Shown: piece by piece, positions 35,466-44,703 of the stretch
Layout of the letters: the number at the start of each line of letters is the position of its first letter
Numbering within the stretch: the stretch's first letter is position 1
DNA from: a phage
Reading direction: 5' to 3' (one strand)
DNA: 64,000 nucleotides
Assembly (NCBI GenBank): GCA_019338205.1
Contig: GCA_019338205.1_4761.1
Translations under genes and position numbers: made by a program
Notes under the pieces: model-generated
The model's database searches: none
What the model was told of the DNA's origin: nothing
What the model saw: only the letters and a program-made list of their open reading frames with translations

Positions 35466-36221
35466 ATGAAACTGTTTGCTTTTAAATCTAACGAAGAATT
35501 GGCGCTGGTTGTTTTCCGTCTGAACTCTATCATGGCTGGCGCTTCACGTCGCAACAAAGACTTCTCTATGAGCTTAGTCACTGTGCGTAACATTTACCGT
35601 CAGACTCATTGCGCATATTCAGGTGAAGCGTTCGGTGAAGGTGATGATGGACTCTCCTTAGAGCGCATTGATTGCAATCTAGGATATGTTGATGGCAATG
35701 TAATTCCGGTTAAACTGAAATACAATTCTTTCCGTGGCAATCACACTATCGAATCTCTTAAAGAGATCCAGGAACTAGGAACTAACGGTAAACTTTCTGA
35801 TGATGAAATTGCCCTACGTGCGAAGTACATCGAGTGGATCGAACTTAACGAGAATCGCATCAAAAATCAGGAAATAGCAATCGAAGAAAAGAAGTTAGCA
35901 ATCGAGCGCCACAAAAAGCACAACGAACCGGAGAAAGCAGAGGCAGCCGAGCGAGCGATTAAAAATACTCTCTTCCGTATGGAAGAACGTTATCAGAAAA
36001 TTACAGATCTCAAGCAAGCCCTTAGCGAAATCAACAAGAAAGAAGAAAAACTTAAGGCTATTGCAAACAATACCGAAGTCGTGCTAAAATATACCAGCGT
36101 TTTGATTGAATCTCTTTCTAAGTATGAGAACTTAACGCCAGCACAAAAAGAACGCGTGAAATACGGGCTTCCGATTGATGCGTCGTGGATTGAATTGATG
36201 AAAGCGAAGGTAGGTTTATAA
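35466..36221 (+). CDS. hypothetical protein with coiled-coil C-terminal half (Srd-position)
   Basis: 251 aa; AAGGAG RBS; synteny only. Confidence 0.5.
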   Translation: MKLFAFKSNEELALVVFRLNSIMAGASRRNKDFSMSLVTVRNIYRQTHCAYSGEAFGEGDDGLSLERIDCNLGYVDGNVIPVKLKYNSFRGNHTIESLKEIQELGTNGKLSDDEIALRAKYIEWIELNENRIKNQEIAIEEKKLAIERHKKHNEPEKAEAAERAIKNTLFRMEERYQKITDLKQALSEINKKEEKLKAIANNTEVVLKYTSVLIESLSKYENLTPAQKERVKYGLPIDASWIELMKAKVGL

Positions 36222-36535
36222 TGCATGTATTTGCTGTATGTTATCGTGATAAAGACGGATTCTTTCAATACTCAGTGGACGCGAAGGGTCGCGTCCTAAC
36301 TTGCGAAACACATGATGCTGCGTTAGCGTCAATGTGTGATCAGATAGATTATTGTGAGAGTCTATTGGCAGGTGAACCGAAATACAAGGTTGTACCTAAA
36401 CGAAAATTTGGCATAATCCGGTCTTCTGAAATTGTTCGGGATGGTATCGAATATAAAATTCCTGAATATGAAAAAGAACGGGTACGGCGAGAACTCAATA
36501 CTATCTGTGTTCGCAAGGTGAGGATTTTAGGATAA
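36221..36535 (+). CDS. hypothetical protein
   Basis: 104 aa, ATGA coupling. Confidence 0.5.
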   Translation: MHVFAVCYRDKDGFFQYSVDAKGRVLTCETHDAALASMCDQIDYCESLLAGEPKYKVVPKRKFGIIRSSEIVRDGIEYKIPEYEKERVRRELNTICVRKVRILG

Positions 36536-37926
36536 TGAGCAGAGTATTAACTTTCGATATGTTAACAGACGGACAAAAACATGCTTTTGATGTTCTAATG
36601 AAACGCATTGAACAAAAGAAGCATACAACTGTCCGTGGTGCGGCGGGTACTGGTAAAACCGCAATGATGAAATTCATTGTTCAGGAAATGGTCCGTCGTG
36701 GTGTAACTGGTGTGGTTTTGGCAACGCCTACCCACCAGGCTAAAAAAGTTTTGAGTAAAGCGGTAGGTCGTCAAGCATTTACTTTACATGCACTACTGCG
36801 ACTAAACCCGACCAACTATGAAGATACTCAAGTATTTGAGCAAAAAGATACTCCTAAGCTAGATGATGTTCAGATCATCATTGTTGATGAAGCGAGTATG
36901 GTCGATAAGAAACTATTTGATATTCTCATGAAGAGTATCAACGGTCGAATTGTTATTATTGCCGTGGGTGATCTGTACCAGTTACGACCAGTTGATCCGA
37001 GCGGTGCAACGTCGATCTCTCCTTTCTTCACCGATGAAAGGTTTCAGAATGTAGAACTTACAGAGATTAAACGATCTAATGCGCCAATAATTGATGTGGC
37101 GACCGCTGTCCGTAATGGTAAATGGGTATTCGAAAAGCAGTGCGGTAACGAGGGTGTATTCCATAGCTCAACTCTGCCGGAGTTTATGAAGCATTATTTC
37201 GAAACCGTTAAAACGCCGGAAGACCTTCTAGAAAACCGTATTCTGGCCTACACTAACAAGAGCGTCGAAAAACTCAATGAAATTGTACGTAAGCGCGTTT
37301 ATAACACCGATGAACCAGTGATTGTAGATGAAATTCTGGTTACTCAGGAACCATTGATCGAATATCTGCGAGATGAACGCGGGAAGAAGATTCCCAATGT
37401 TATTTTTAACAATGGTGAGATGATCCGAGTTAAAGAGGTCATCCCGCGTGAATTTACATTACGTTGCACGGGGGTAGATCCGCAACCAGTTTTAGGCTAT
37501 ACTCTGAAAGTGGAAAGCGTCGATGATGACGAAGACAAAGAAATCCTAAATCAGAAAGTTGGTTTAGATGCAGTCGGAATCACTACAGATAAACCGGATT
37601 TAGTAGAAATCAACATTCTGACAGAACAACGCCAGAAGAACATTTTCTCTATCTATCTGAATACGGTCGCCGGACAATATCGCGAAATGAAGAAAGAGAA
37701 TCCAAAATTTAAACCAGATTGGGATTCCTTCTGGACGATGAAACGTATGTTCTTGAATGTAAAAGCATTACCAGCTTGCACCATTCATAAGTCACAAGGG
37801 ATCAGCGTAGACCGCGTGTTCCTGTATACTCCTTGCATGTGTACAGACAATGTTGACTTTGAATTGGCAATGCAGTTATTATATGTGGGTGTTACCCGTG
37901 CGCGGTATCGAGTAGACTATATTTGA
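36535..37926 (+). CDS. dda: SF1 DNA helicase Dda
   Basis: Walker A GAAGTGKT, IIVDEASM Walker B, C-terminal VGVTRAR; 463 aa. Confidence 0.85.
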   Translation: MSRVLTFDMLTDGQKHAFDVLMKRIEQKKHTTVRGAAGTGKTAMMKFIVQEMVRRGVTGVVLATPTHQAKKVLSKAVGRQAFTLHALLRLNPTNYEDTQVFEQKDTPKLDDVQIIIVDEASMVDKKLFDILMKSINGRIVIIAVGDLYQLRPVDPSGATSISPFFTDERFQNVELTEIKRSNAPIIDVATAVRNGKWVFEKQCGNEGVFHSSTLPEFMKHYFETVKTPEDLLENRILAYTNKSVEKLNEIVRKRVYNTDEPVIVDEILVTQEPLIEYLRDERGKKIPNVIFNNGEMIRVKEVIPREFTLRCTGVDPQPVLGYTLKVESVDDDEDKEILNQKVGLDAVGITTDKPDLVEINILTEQRQKNIFSIYLNTVAGQYREMKKENPKFKPDWDSFWTMKRMFLNVKALPACTIHKSQGISVDRVFLYTPCMCTDNVDFELAMQLLYVGVTRARYRVDYI

Positions 37927-37936
37927 GGAAATTATT

Positions 37937-38104
37937 ATGATTATGCGAAGTATCCCAGAATTTGACGAAGTGACGGTACGCCGTCACAATGGAACTGTTA
38001 CCATGTGTTTTAGTTGGGGTCATTATGGATGGAACGTATCCGGCGACAGTGAAGCTGAATGTATCAATAAAATGATCGAATATTTCACTAAGCGAGGGTT
38101 TTGA
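37937..38104 (+). CDS. hypothetical small protein ending ..KRGF
   Basis: 55 aa ORF; C-terminal segment duplicated in next ORF. Confidence 0.3.
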   Translation: MIMRSIPEFDEVTVRRHNGTVTMCFSWGHYGWNVSGDSEAECINKMIEYFTKRGF

Positions 38105-38105
38105 T

Positions 38106-38283
38106 ATGGCTAATGAAGCCAGAAGAACGAAGAGTTTAGATACGCGGTGTAAGCCAAAAATGACAAACGAACAGTTACAGGATTTTTTGGCTGTAGCTCT
38201 TAATTCGTCAAAAAAATCTCGTGACTACCAAGCTGTATGTATCAATAAAATACCAGAACATTTCATTAAGCGAGGGTTTTGAT
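38106..38283 (+). CDS. hypothetical small protein ending ..KRGF
   Basis: 58 aa ORF; shares 3' ~45 bp repeat with previous ORF. Confidence 0.3.
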
Positions 38284-38526
38284 ATGGTTGTTATTAATGA
38301 TATGGCTAATGTAATACATCTACAATCAATTGTCGCGTGGAACCGTCAAAAGATTCATTGTGACTATGCACAACATGTAATTAATTTTAACAACAAAGTA
38401 CGCGCATACATGGCAACGGACCGACTGTTAACCGATAATTACGGTAACGGGATTATTGATTGTAGCGGTTTCATTCTGGATAAAAACGATCTGGAGTTGT
38501 TCCGGCATATCGCGGAGGATATTTAA
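38284..38526 (+). CDS. hypothetical protein
   Basis: 80 aa ORF. Confidence 0.4.
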   Translation: MVVINDMANVIHLQSIVAWNRQKIHCDYAQHVINFNNKVRAYMATDRLLTDNYGNGIIDCSGFILDKNDLELFRHIAEDI

Positions 38527-38527
38527 A

Positions 38528-39196
38528 ATGCTTCCAGTGGATTTAATGATTGACTTTGAAAGTTTAGGTTATCCGCCTGATGGGGCGGTTATCAATATGG
38601 CGGCAATCGGATTTAAAGAAGATCCGCACAATCCACCTACATTTAAAGAACTGATTGACAATTCCTTTCTGGTAAAATTTGATATTCCTTCCCAGAAAGG
38701 TGTAAGGGTGTTTGATCATGGTGTGGTTGAATGGTGGAAGAATACCGCCTCAGAAGGCATGAGAAAGCAATTAATCACAAATGGTACGGAAGTATCAACT
38801 AAAGAAGGTTTAGCGCGTTTTAACGCATTCTGTGAAGCCGTAGGAGTAGATCCGGTTAAATCCGTATTGTGGTCACGCGGTAATGCGTTTGATATTCCGT
38901 TACTAGTTGATATGATCCGCCGTGCACACAATACACGAGAGACGTTCAGCCTTGAGCCTGTGCGATTCTGGAATATCCGAGATGTTCGCACCGCCATTGA
39001 GCGTACATTGATGCATCGCGGGATGTGTGAGTGTCCGTTACCAATGGGTACGCTAGATGGTTTTATCGCACATGATGCAATTCATGATTGCGCTCGCGAT
39101 ATTCTTATGCTAATCTATGCACAACGTTATGCTATGGGTCTGGAAGACCTACCAGAAAATCCAGATCCAAATTCAGTTAAGAAACAAAGGGGATAA
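38528..39196 (+). CDS. dexA: exonuclease A (DexA, DnaQ-like 3'-5' exonuclease)
   Basis: Exo I DFES, Exo III HDAIHD motifs; adjacent to dda as in T4. Confidence 0.65.
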   Translation: MLPVDLMIDFESLGYPPDGAVINMAAIGFKEDPHNPPTFKELIDNSFLVKFDIPSQKGVRVFDHGVVEWWKNTASEGMRKQLITNGTEVSTKEGLARFNAFCEAVGVDPVKSVLWSRGNAFDIPLLVDMIRRAHNTRETFSLEPVRFWNIRDVRTAIERTLMHRGMCECPLPMGTLDGFIAHDAIHDCARDILMLIYAQRYAMGLEDLPENPDPNSVKKQRG

Positions 39197-39197
39197 T

Positions 39198-39371
39198 ATG
39201 CCATTATACGATTATTCTTGTGAAGAACACGGTCAATTTCAGAAAATCCGCAAAATTTCCGAGCGTGAAAAGGCAGAATGCCCTGAATGTGGTAAAGAAT
39301 GCAAACAGGGATTAACTGCCCCGCGCGGGATTAATGGCGGGTACTATGATAAAAATGTGCGCGTGTCATGA
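39198..39371 (+). CDS. FmdB-type zinc-ribbon protein
   Basis: MPLYDYSCEEHGQF...CPECGK pattern. Confidence 0.5.
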   Translation: MPLYDYSCEEHGQFQKIRKISEREKAECPECGKECKQGLTAPRGINGGYYDKNVRVS

Positions 39372-39470
39372 GTCATATACTTGACAATCACTCAATTTTT
39401 AATATGATTGTTGCAGCCGTCTTTGTGGCGGTTGCAGTAAGTTATGGTTATGTTATGAAGAGGTTTAATA

Positions 39471-41294
39471 ATGAGTGAGTTCCGCATTTTATCGGATCGT
39501 GAACATGTTCTTAAGCGTGCAGGAATGTACATAGGATCAACAACTTACGAAGAACATCAACGTTTCCTGTTCGGTAAATGGACAAAAATTTCATATGTTC
39601 CTGGACTGGTTAAAATCATTGATGAGATCATCGACAACTCTGTAGACGAGGCGATTCGCACTAATTTTGAATTTGCCAATGTGATTAGCGTCGATATCCA
39701 AAACAATATTGTTACGGTAACAGACAATGGTCGCGGTATTCCTCAACATATGGTTACTACCCCAGAGGGCACGCAGATTCCGCAACCTGTAGCCGCATGG
39801 ACACGAACAAAAGCAGGGTCTAACTTTGATGATACCAATCGATTAACGCAAGGGATGAACGGTGTGGGGTCGTCGTTGTCAAATTTCTTTAGCGATTGGT
39901 TTACTGGTGTGACCTGTGACGGCGAAACAGAAATGACCGTTCAATGTACAAACGGTGCTGAAAATATCACATGGTCATCGAAACCATCAAAATTGAAGGG
40001 AACAAAGGTTACATTTTGCCCAGACTTCGACCACTTCGAAGGTTATATGATGGACAACTCTGTTTTAGATATTGTTCATGATCGTCTGCAATCATTGAGC
40101 GTAATATTTCCTAAGATCACGTTTAAGTTTAATGGTAAACGTATTGTTAGTAAGTTCAAGGATTATGCTAAACTATACAATGATGATCCGTTTGTCATTG
40201 AAGATAAAAACTTTTCACTTGCCCTAGTTCCGGCGGTCGAGGGAGAAGGTTTTAAATCAGTATCCTTTGCTAACGGTCTGTTTACCAAAAACGGGGGAAC
40301 ACACGTTGATTATGTGACAGATGATCTTTGTGAAGAGATTGTAAAACGAATCAAGAAAGAATATAAGGTTGATGTTACTAAAGCTGCGGTTAAATCTGGA
40401 TTGACCTGTATTCTTATTGTTCGTGAATTGCCTAACCTTCGTTTTGATTCACAGACAAAAGAACGCTTGACTAACCCGACTGGTGATATCAAGCGTCATA
40501 TTGATCTTGATTTTAAAAAGCTGGCTAAAGTCATTGCTAAGAAAGAAAACATTATCATGCCTATTATTGCTGTAGTCCTGGCACGCAAAGAGGCAGCAGA
40601 TAAAGCGGCAGCGACTAAAGCAGCAAAGGCAGCAAAACGGGCTAAGGTAGCAAAACACGTTAAAGCTAACCTTATTGGAACTGACGCAGAAACTACCCTG
40701 TTTTTGACGGAAGGTGATTCCGCGATCAACTATCTGATCTCTGTACGTGATCAAGATTTACATGGCGGTTTCCCGTTGCGAGGTAAAACTCTTACAACGT
40801 GGGAACAACCGGAGGCAAAGATCGTTAAGAACGCCGAAATTTTTAACATCATGGCGATCACTGGCTTGCAATTTGGTGTTGATGCATTGGAAGTTATGCA
40901 ATACAAAAATATTGCGATTATGACCGACGCTGATACTGACGGGATCGGGTCTATTAAACCTAGTCTGATCTCTTTCTTTGCACGTTGGCCTGAATTGTTC
41001 GAAGATGGACGAATCCGGTTTATCAAAACACCTATTATCATTGCTGAACCAAAGAAAGGTGGTGATGTTCGATGGTATTATGACCTAGAAGATTTCGAGA
41101 ACGACCGAGATAATATCAAAGGTTACAACATTCGATATATCAAAGGTTTAGCATCGCTCACAGAATCAGACTATCATCGCGTGATCAACGATCCTGTCAT
41201 GGAGATCATCACGTTACCGGAAAACTATAAAGAGCTATTCGATTTGCTCTATAGTGAAGATGCAGATCAGCGCAAAATTTGGATGCAATCATAA
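39471..41294 (+). CDS. 39: DNA topoisomerase II large subunit gp39 (GyrB-like, uninterrupted)
   Basis: GHKL ATPase motifs (VTDNGRGIP, GMNGVGSS), TOPRIM LTEGDSA, DADTDG; 607 aa single ORF. Confidence 0.85.
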   Translation: MSEFRILSDREHVLKRAGMYIGSTTYEEHQRFLFGKWTKISYVPGLVKIIDEIIDNSVDEAIRTNFEFANVISVDIQNNIVTVTDNGRGIPQHMVTTPEGTQIPQPVAAWTRTKAGSNFDDTNRLTQGMNGVGSSLSNFFSDWFTGVTCDGETEMTVQCTNGAENITWSSKPSKLKGTKVTFCPDFDHFEGYMMDNSVLDIVHDRLQSLSVIFPKITFKFNGKRIVSKFKDYAKLYNDDPFVIEDKNFSLALVPAVEGEGFKSVSFANGLFTKNGGTHVDYVTDDLCEEIVKRIKKEYKVDVTKAAVKSGLTCILIVRELPNLRFDSQTKERLTNPTGDIKRHIDLDFKKLAKVIAKKENIIMPIIAVVLARKEAADKAAATKAAKAAKRAKVAKHVKANLIGTDAETTLFLTEGDSAINYLISVRDQDLHGGFPLRGKTLTTWEQPEAKIVKNAEIFNIMAITGLQFGVDALEVMQYKNIAIMTDADTDGIGSIKPSLISFFARWPELFEDGRIRFIKTPIIIAEPKKGGDVRWYYDLEDFENDRDNIKGYNIRYIKGLASLTESDYHRVINDPVMEIITLPENYKELFDLLYSEDADQRKIWMQS

Positions 41295-41297
41295 CAC

Positions 41298-41325
41298 TTG
41301 ACATACAAGGGAGATTCTCTATAAT
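41298..41325 (+). promoter_or_regulatory. sigma70-like promoter inside a terminator-like hairpin
   Basis: TTGACA 41298-41303, TATAAT 41320-41325; flanked by AAGGGAGA/TCTCCCTT + TTTTC. Confidence 0.5.
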
Positions 41326-41359
41326 GGGAGTCTCCCTTTTCTTTTATGAGGATTTAATA

Positions 41360-41659
41360 ATGAGCAAAAAGAATAACATGATGATGAGTATGGCAAAGTT
41401 CATGGAAGCAGACCTGATCAAAAATACAGTACAGCATGAACGCCAGCGCGAAGCCGCAGTGATTGCAGAACAAGGTTTTCAGGTTATTCACAATCCACCT
41501 AAAGATACGATTAAATCGAAATACAGAGACGATCTGAAAGACCATGAAGTACGGGAACTGGTTAATGATCTGCATGACATTGCCATCAAATATCATGGTT
41601 ATCAGTGCTTACGAGAACTGATCGCAGAGCGAGTAATGGATGCATTGAAAAAAGATTAA
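41360..41659 (+). CDS. hypothetical protein
   Basis: 99 aa ORF. Confidence 0.5.
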   Translation: MSKKNNMMMSMAKFMEADLIKNTVQHERQREAAVIAEQGFQVIHNPPKDTIKSKYRDDLKDHEVRELVNDLHDIAIKYHGYQCLRELIAERVMDALKKD

Positions 41660-41666
41660 AAATCTG

Positions 41667-41695
41667 TTGACACTGGACCGGGGATATATCATAAT
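41667..41695 (+). promoter_or_regulatory. sigma70-like promoter with GGGGATAT/ATGTCCCC inverted repeat around -10
   Basis: TTGACA 41667-41672. Confidence 0.5.
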
Positions 41696-41725
41696 GTCCC
41701 CATCGAAAACAAAAGGTTGACTTAT

Positions 41726-41920
41726 ATGAAACCGTTTAAGAATGAAGAAACTCAAAAATTTTGTGAAAAAATTGCAGAAATCTACTTGACAGGGGAGAAG
41801 GAAAAAGCTAATATTATGTTCAATAAGTCAGTTTCCATGATGAAAGTAGCACGCTGGGAACTGATCGCAATGCAAGACCAAATTCGTTATCTAGTAACAA
41901 AGGAGAATCAAAATGCGTAA
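41726..41920 (+). CDS. hypothetical protein
   Basis: 64 aa ORF. Confidence 0.4.
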   Translation: MKPFKNEETQKFCEKIAEIYLTGEKEKANIMFNKSVSMMKVARWELIAMQDQIRYLVTKENQNA

Positions 41921-42107
41921 CCATTACATCGAACTGGCAAGCCGTAAAGTTTCAGACCTGAAAGGCGTAATTGCTTACTATGAAGAAGTCCTGAAAAACA
42001 AAATTGCTGATTGGGAACGTAAAGAATACAGCAAGTGCTTAGAGAAAAGCCGCGCTGAACTGGTTGACGCAGAAGCCCATCTGCAATGGGTGATTGAAAA
42101 TGTATAA
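41913..42107 (+). CDS. hypothetical protein
   Basis: 64 aa ORF with GGAGAATCAAAATG. Confidence 0.45.
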   Translation: MRNHYIELASRKVSDLKGVIAYYEEVLKNKIADWERKEYSKCLEKSRAELVDAEAHLQWVIENV

Positions 42108-42117
42108 GGAGTAGAAA

Positions 42118-42375
42118 ATGAGTCGAAGTTTTGATTTTCTGATCGCCAAGTGTCATCGAGAAAAGAAATCGATGGACCTGTTTATGGAGTGTTTGAGGTA
42201 TGAATATGCGCATCTTCGTAAACACAAAATTGACCCGCAGGTTTCCTACGAAAACATCAAGAAATATGCGAAAGAAGTGATTGACAACGATTGCACCGTG
42301 ACATATAATGCGTTTATTGATTTATGGGCTTGGGATGTAATCTACGCAGAGATGGACAAAGAAGATTTTAATTAA
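42118..42375 (+). CDS. hypothetical protein
   Basis: 85 aa ORF with AGGAG RBS. Confidence 0.45.
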   Translation: MSRSFDFLIAKCHREKKSMDLFMECLRYEYAHLRKHKIDPQVSYENIKKYAKEVIDNDCTVTYNAFIDLWAWDVIYAEMDKEDFN

Positions 42376-42389
42376 GTGAGGATCATATT

Positions 42390-44498
42390 ATGAAAATGCA
42401 TATTGATAATGAAGAAGTATTTGGCAGTGACTTGAGCGGTGCGGTTGATTTTTCACTGAAAGCAAGTAGCAAGGCTTTTATGGTGCTTTCTAAGAACACT
42501 TATCAATATTGTGAGCGTGCTTGCGTCCGTGAGTATTCGTGCAATGCTACCGACACTCACAAAGAAGCCGGAACCTTAGATCGTCCGTTTGATATTCATT
42601 TACCGACTGCAATCGAACCGTATTTTTCTGTGCGTGATTATGGTACGGGTATTCCGTCTAAGAAAGAATTAGAACAACTGTTTACGGTTTACTTTGAATC
42701 AACAAAAGACCAGACTAATGATTATATCGGATCTTTTGGTTTAGGTGCGAAGTCTGCTTATAGCTATACTGACAACTTTACAATCGTAAACTACTACAAT
42801 GGTCGCGCTTATGGCTTTACTGCATTTGTGCAAAACTCTATGCCGAAAATGGTGCAGATTTTCGACGAACCGACCTATGAAGACAACGGTCTGAAAATCA
42901 CTATTCCGGTGAAAGAAAAAGACATTCAGACATGGCATCGAGAAGCACAATTTGTACTTCGTCATTTTGGGGAACACAAACCTAATATCAATGCAATCGA
43001 AATTAATTATTTCCCTAGCTTTGATAATTATTATGTTTGCAATGGGCGTGATAACGATTCCTATGTAGTATATGCAATCATGGGTAAGATCCAGTATCCG
43101 ATCCCGTATGAATATGTTCGCGGAACATGGTTAGAAGCTGTAAACCGCCAGCACCAGACCATTTACATTAATTTTGAGTTGGGTGATCTGGACCTGATGC
43201 CATCGCGTGAAGAAGTTCACTTGTCAATTGAGACTAAAGCGAACATCGAAAAACGCATTGCAGAAATCAATGAAATGATGTTGGAAAAGGTTAAAGAAAA
43301 GATCGCCAACATTAAAACAGAGCGTAAACTTGCTCAATTTATGAGCGAGTATTCATCGACGCAACGCAATATTATTAGCAAGATGGGTAAGATCGGACAA
43401 TGGGACGATCCGGTAGCAATCTATAATAAGTTTGTGAATGCGGGTAAAGATTCGCCTAATGACGTAGAAGGTCAGGTGTATACTCTGTATCGTACTCGTC
43501 ACACAATCAGTAAATTGCGCCCTGCTTTCGTTAGCAGTCAATACAACATTACGCATTTTGTATGGATGCATAAAGAAGATATTATGTGTCTTATTGATGA
43601 TACCGATAAACCGAAACTGCGTGCACTGACTCTTAACGGCATGGTCCAGGAATACGGCATCAATAAAAAGGTACTTGTGTTCCGTCAGCGCAACGAAAAA
43701 CATATGGAGACTTTCGAGTACATCAAACAGTATTATGATGATTCTGAAATGACCGTGATTAAAGTGTCTGAGGCCGATGATCTGCGTGCTAAAGCAGTTA
43801 AACCGGAGAAGACCGAGCGTACACAACGTGAAGCGACTCCTAAGCTGCCTAACGTGTATATTATGGAAAAGATTGGTGACAGTTGGCATAAAACCAGCCA
43901 TCACATGAAAGCGGCAGAGATTCGCGAGTTATCAGGCTTGCACATGTTCCGCGTGGGTGATGCATTCGAAAGCCGTAGCCGTCAATCGATCTATAATGAA
44001 AATACATTACACACGGCGCTTGACTACTTCGGGGTAACAAAGTATATTATTACACGTAACGAGACACAAAAATATCTCGTTGACGAACAATTGGAATGTG
44101 CGCTAGAATTTGTTCGCGGTAAGCTGGCTGGTCTGGCTAAGAAGGTTAAGACCAATCATCTGGGGTATGGCGAATATCTGGGTGTGATCACTATGTTGTT
44201 TCATGACGATGAATTAGAACGCTGTATTCCAGAATTTATTGACAGACTGTACGGTCGTCATTATAATAAAGAGGTTTCCAAGTTACTCCTTCGTACTCGT
44301 TGGATTATGGACGAAGAAACTAAAAAGATCTGTGATGAAAAATTCACGGCAGCAAACGAACGAATTAAAGCAGTTTGTGCGAAGTTTAAAGAGAATAGCC
44401 CGTTACTGTATGATATTGTAGATAACTGGTATCGTATTCTGCATAACGACAAACGCGCACAAGACTTTATGAAACTGGTTAAGAATGTTAAATTTTAA
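42390..44498 (+). CDS. rIIA: rIIA protein (GHKL-type ATPase domain)
   Basis: Bergerat-fold motifs DYGTGIP and GSFGLGAKSAYSY; 702 aa; synteny 39-rIIA-rIIB-52. Confidence 0.75.
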   Translation: MKMHIDNEEVFGSDLSGAVDFSLKASSKAFMVLSKNTYQYCERACVREYSCNATDTHKEAGTLDRPFDIHLPTAIEPYFSVRDYGTGIPSKKELEQLFTVYFESTKDQTNDYIGSFGLGAKSAYSYTDNFTIVNYYNGRAYGFTAFVQNSMPKMVQIFDEPTYEDNGLKITIPVKEKDIQTWHREAQFVLRHFGEHKPNINAIEINYFPSFDNYYVCNGRDNDSYVVYAIMGKIQYPIPYEYVRGTWLEAVNRQHQTIYINFELGDLDLMPSREEVHLSIETKANIEKRIAEINEMMLEKVKEKIANIKTERKLAQFMSEYSSTQRNIISKMGKIGQWDDPVAIYNKFVNAGKDSPNDVEGQVYTLYRTRHTISKLRPAFVSSQYNITHFVWMHKEDIMCLIDDTDKPKLRALTLNGMVQEYGINKKVLVFRQRNEKHMETFEYIKQYYDDSEMTVIKVSEADDLRAKAVKPEKTERTQREATPKLPNVYIMEKIGDSWHKTSHHMKAAEIRELSGLHMFRVGDAFESRSRQSIYNENTLHTALDYFGVTKYIITRNETQKYLVDEQLECALEFVRGKLAGLAKKVKTNHLGYGEYLGVITMLFHDDELERCIPEFIDRLYGRHYNKEVSKLLLRTRWIMDEETKKICDEKFTAANERIKAVCAKFKENSPLLYDIVDNWYRILHNDKRAQDFMKLVKNVKF

Positions 44499-44509
44499 GA
44501 GGTGATATT

Positions 44510-44641
44510 ATGACTAAACTGACCGCTATCCAGAAAGAAACCATCCGTAAACAATACGCTCGCGGCTTGACTAAAGGCGAACTGGCACGAATCTATAATG
44601 TATCAGACCGCACAATCCGCAAGGTTGTCGAAGCAAAATAA
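44510..44641 (+). CDS. small helix-turn-helix protein
   Basis: 43 aa; GLTKGELARIYNVSDRTIRKV HTH-like; GAGGTGA RBS. Confidence 0.4.
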   Translation: MTKLTAIQKETIRKQYARGLTKGELARIYNVSDRTIRKVVEAK

Positions 44642-44642
44642 T

Positions 44643-44653
44643 TCTGGTATAAT
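44643..44653 (+). promoter_or_regulatory. candidate extended -10 promoter (TGgTATAAT) for rIIB
   Basis: TGGTATAAT followed by leader hairpin GGGCG..CGCCC. Confidence 0.35.
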
Positions 44654-44703
44654 GATGTGAATCGGGCGGCGATAGTCGCCCAACTAATAGAGGAATGAAT
44701 ACT

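Noticed and set aside
43353-43904. 183 aa minus-strand ORF inside rIIA
   Set aside because: Antisense to rIIA coding sequence, no initiation signals; considered spurious.
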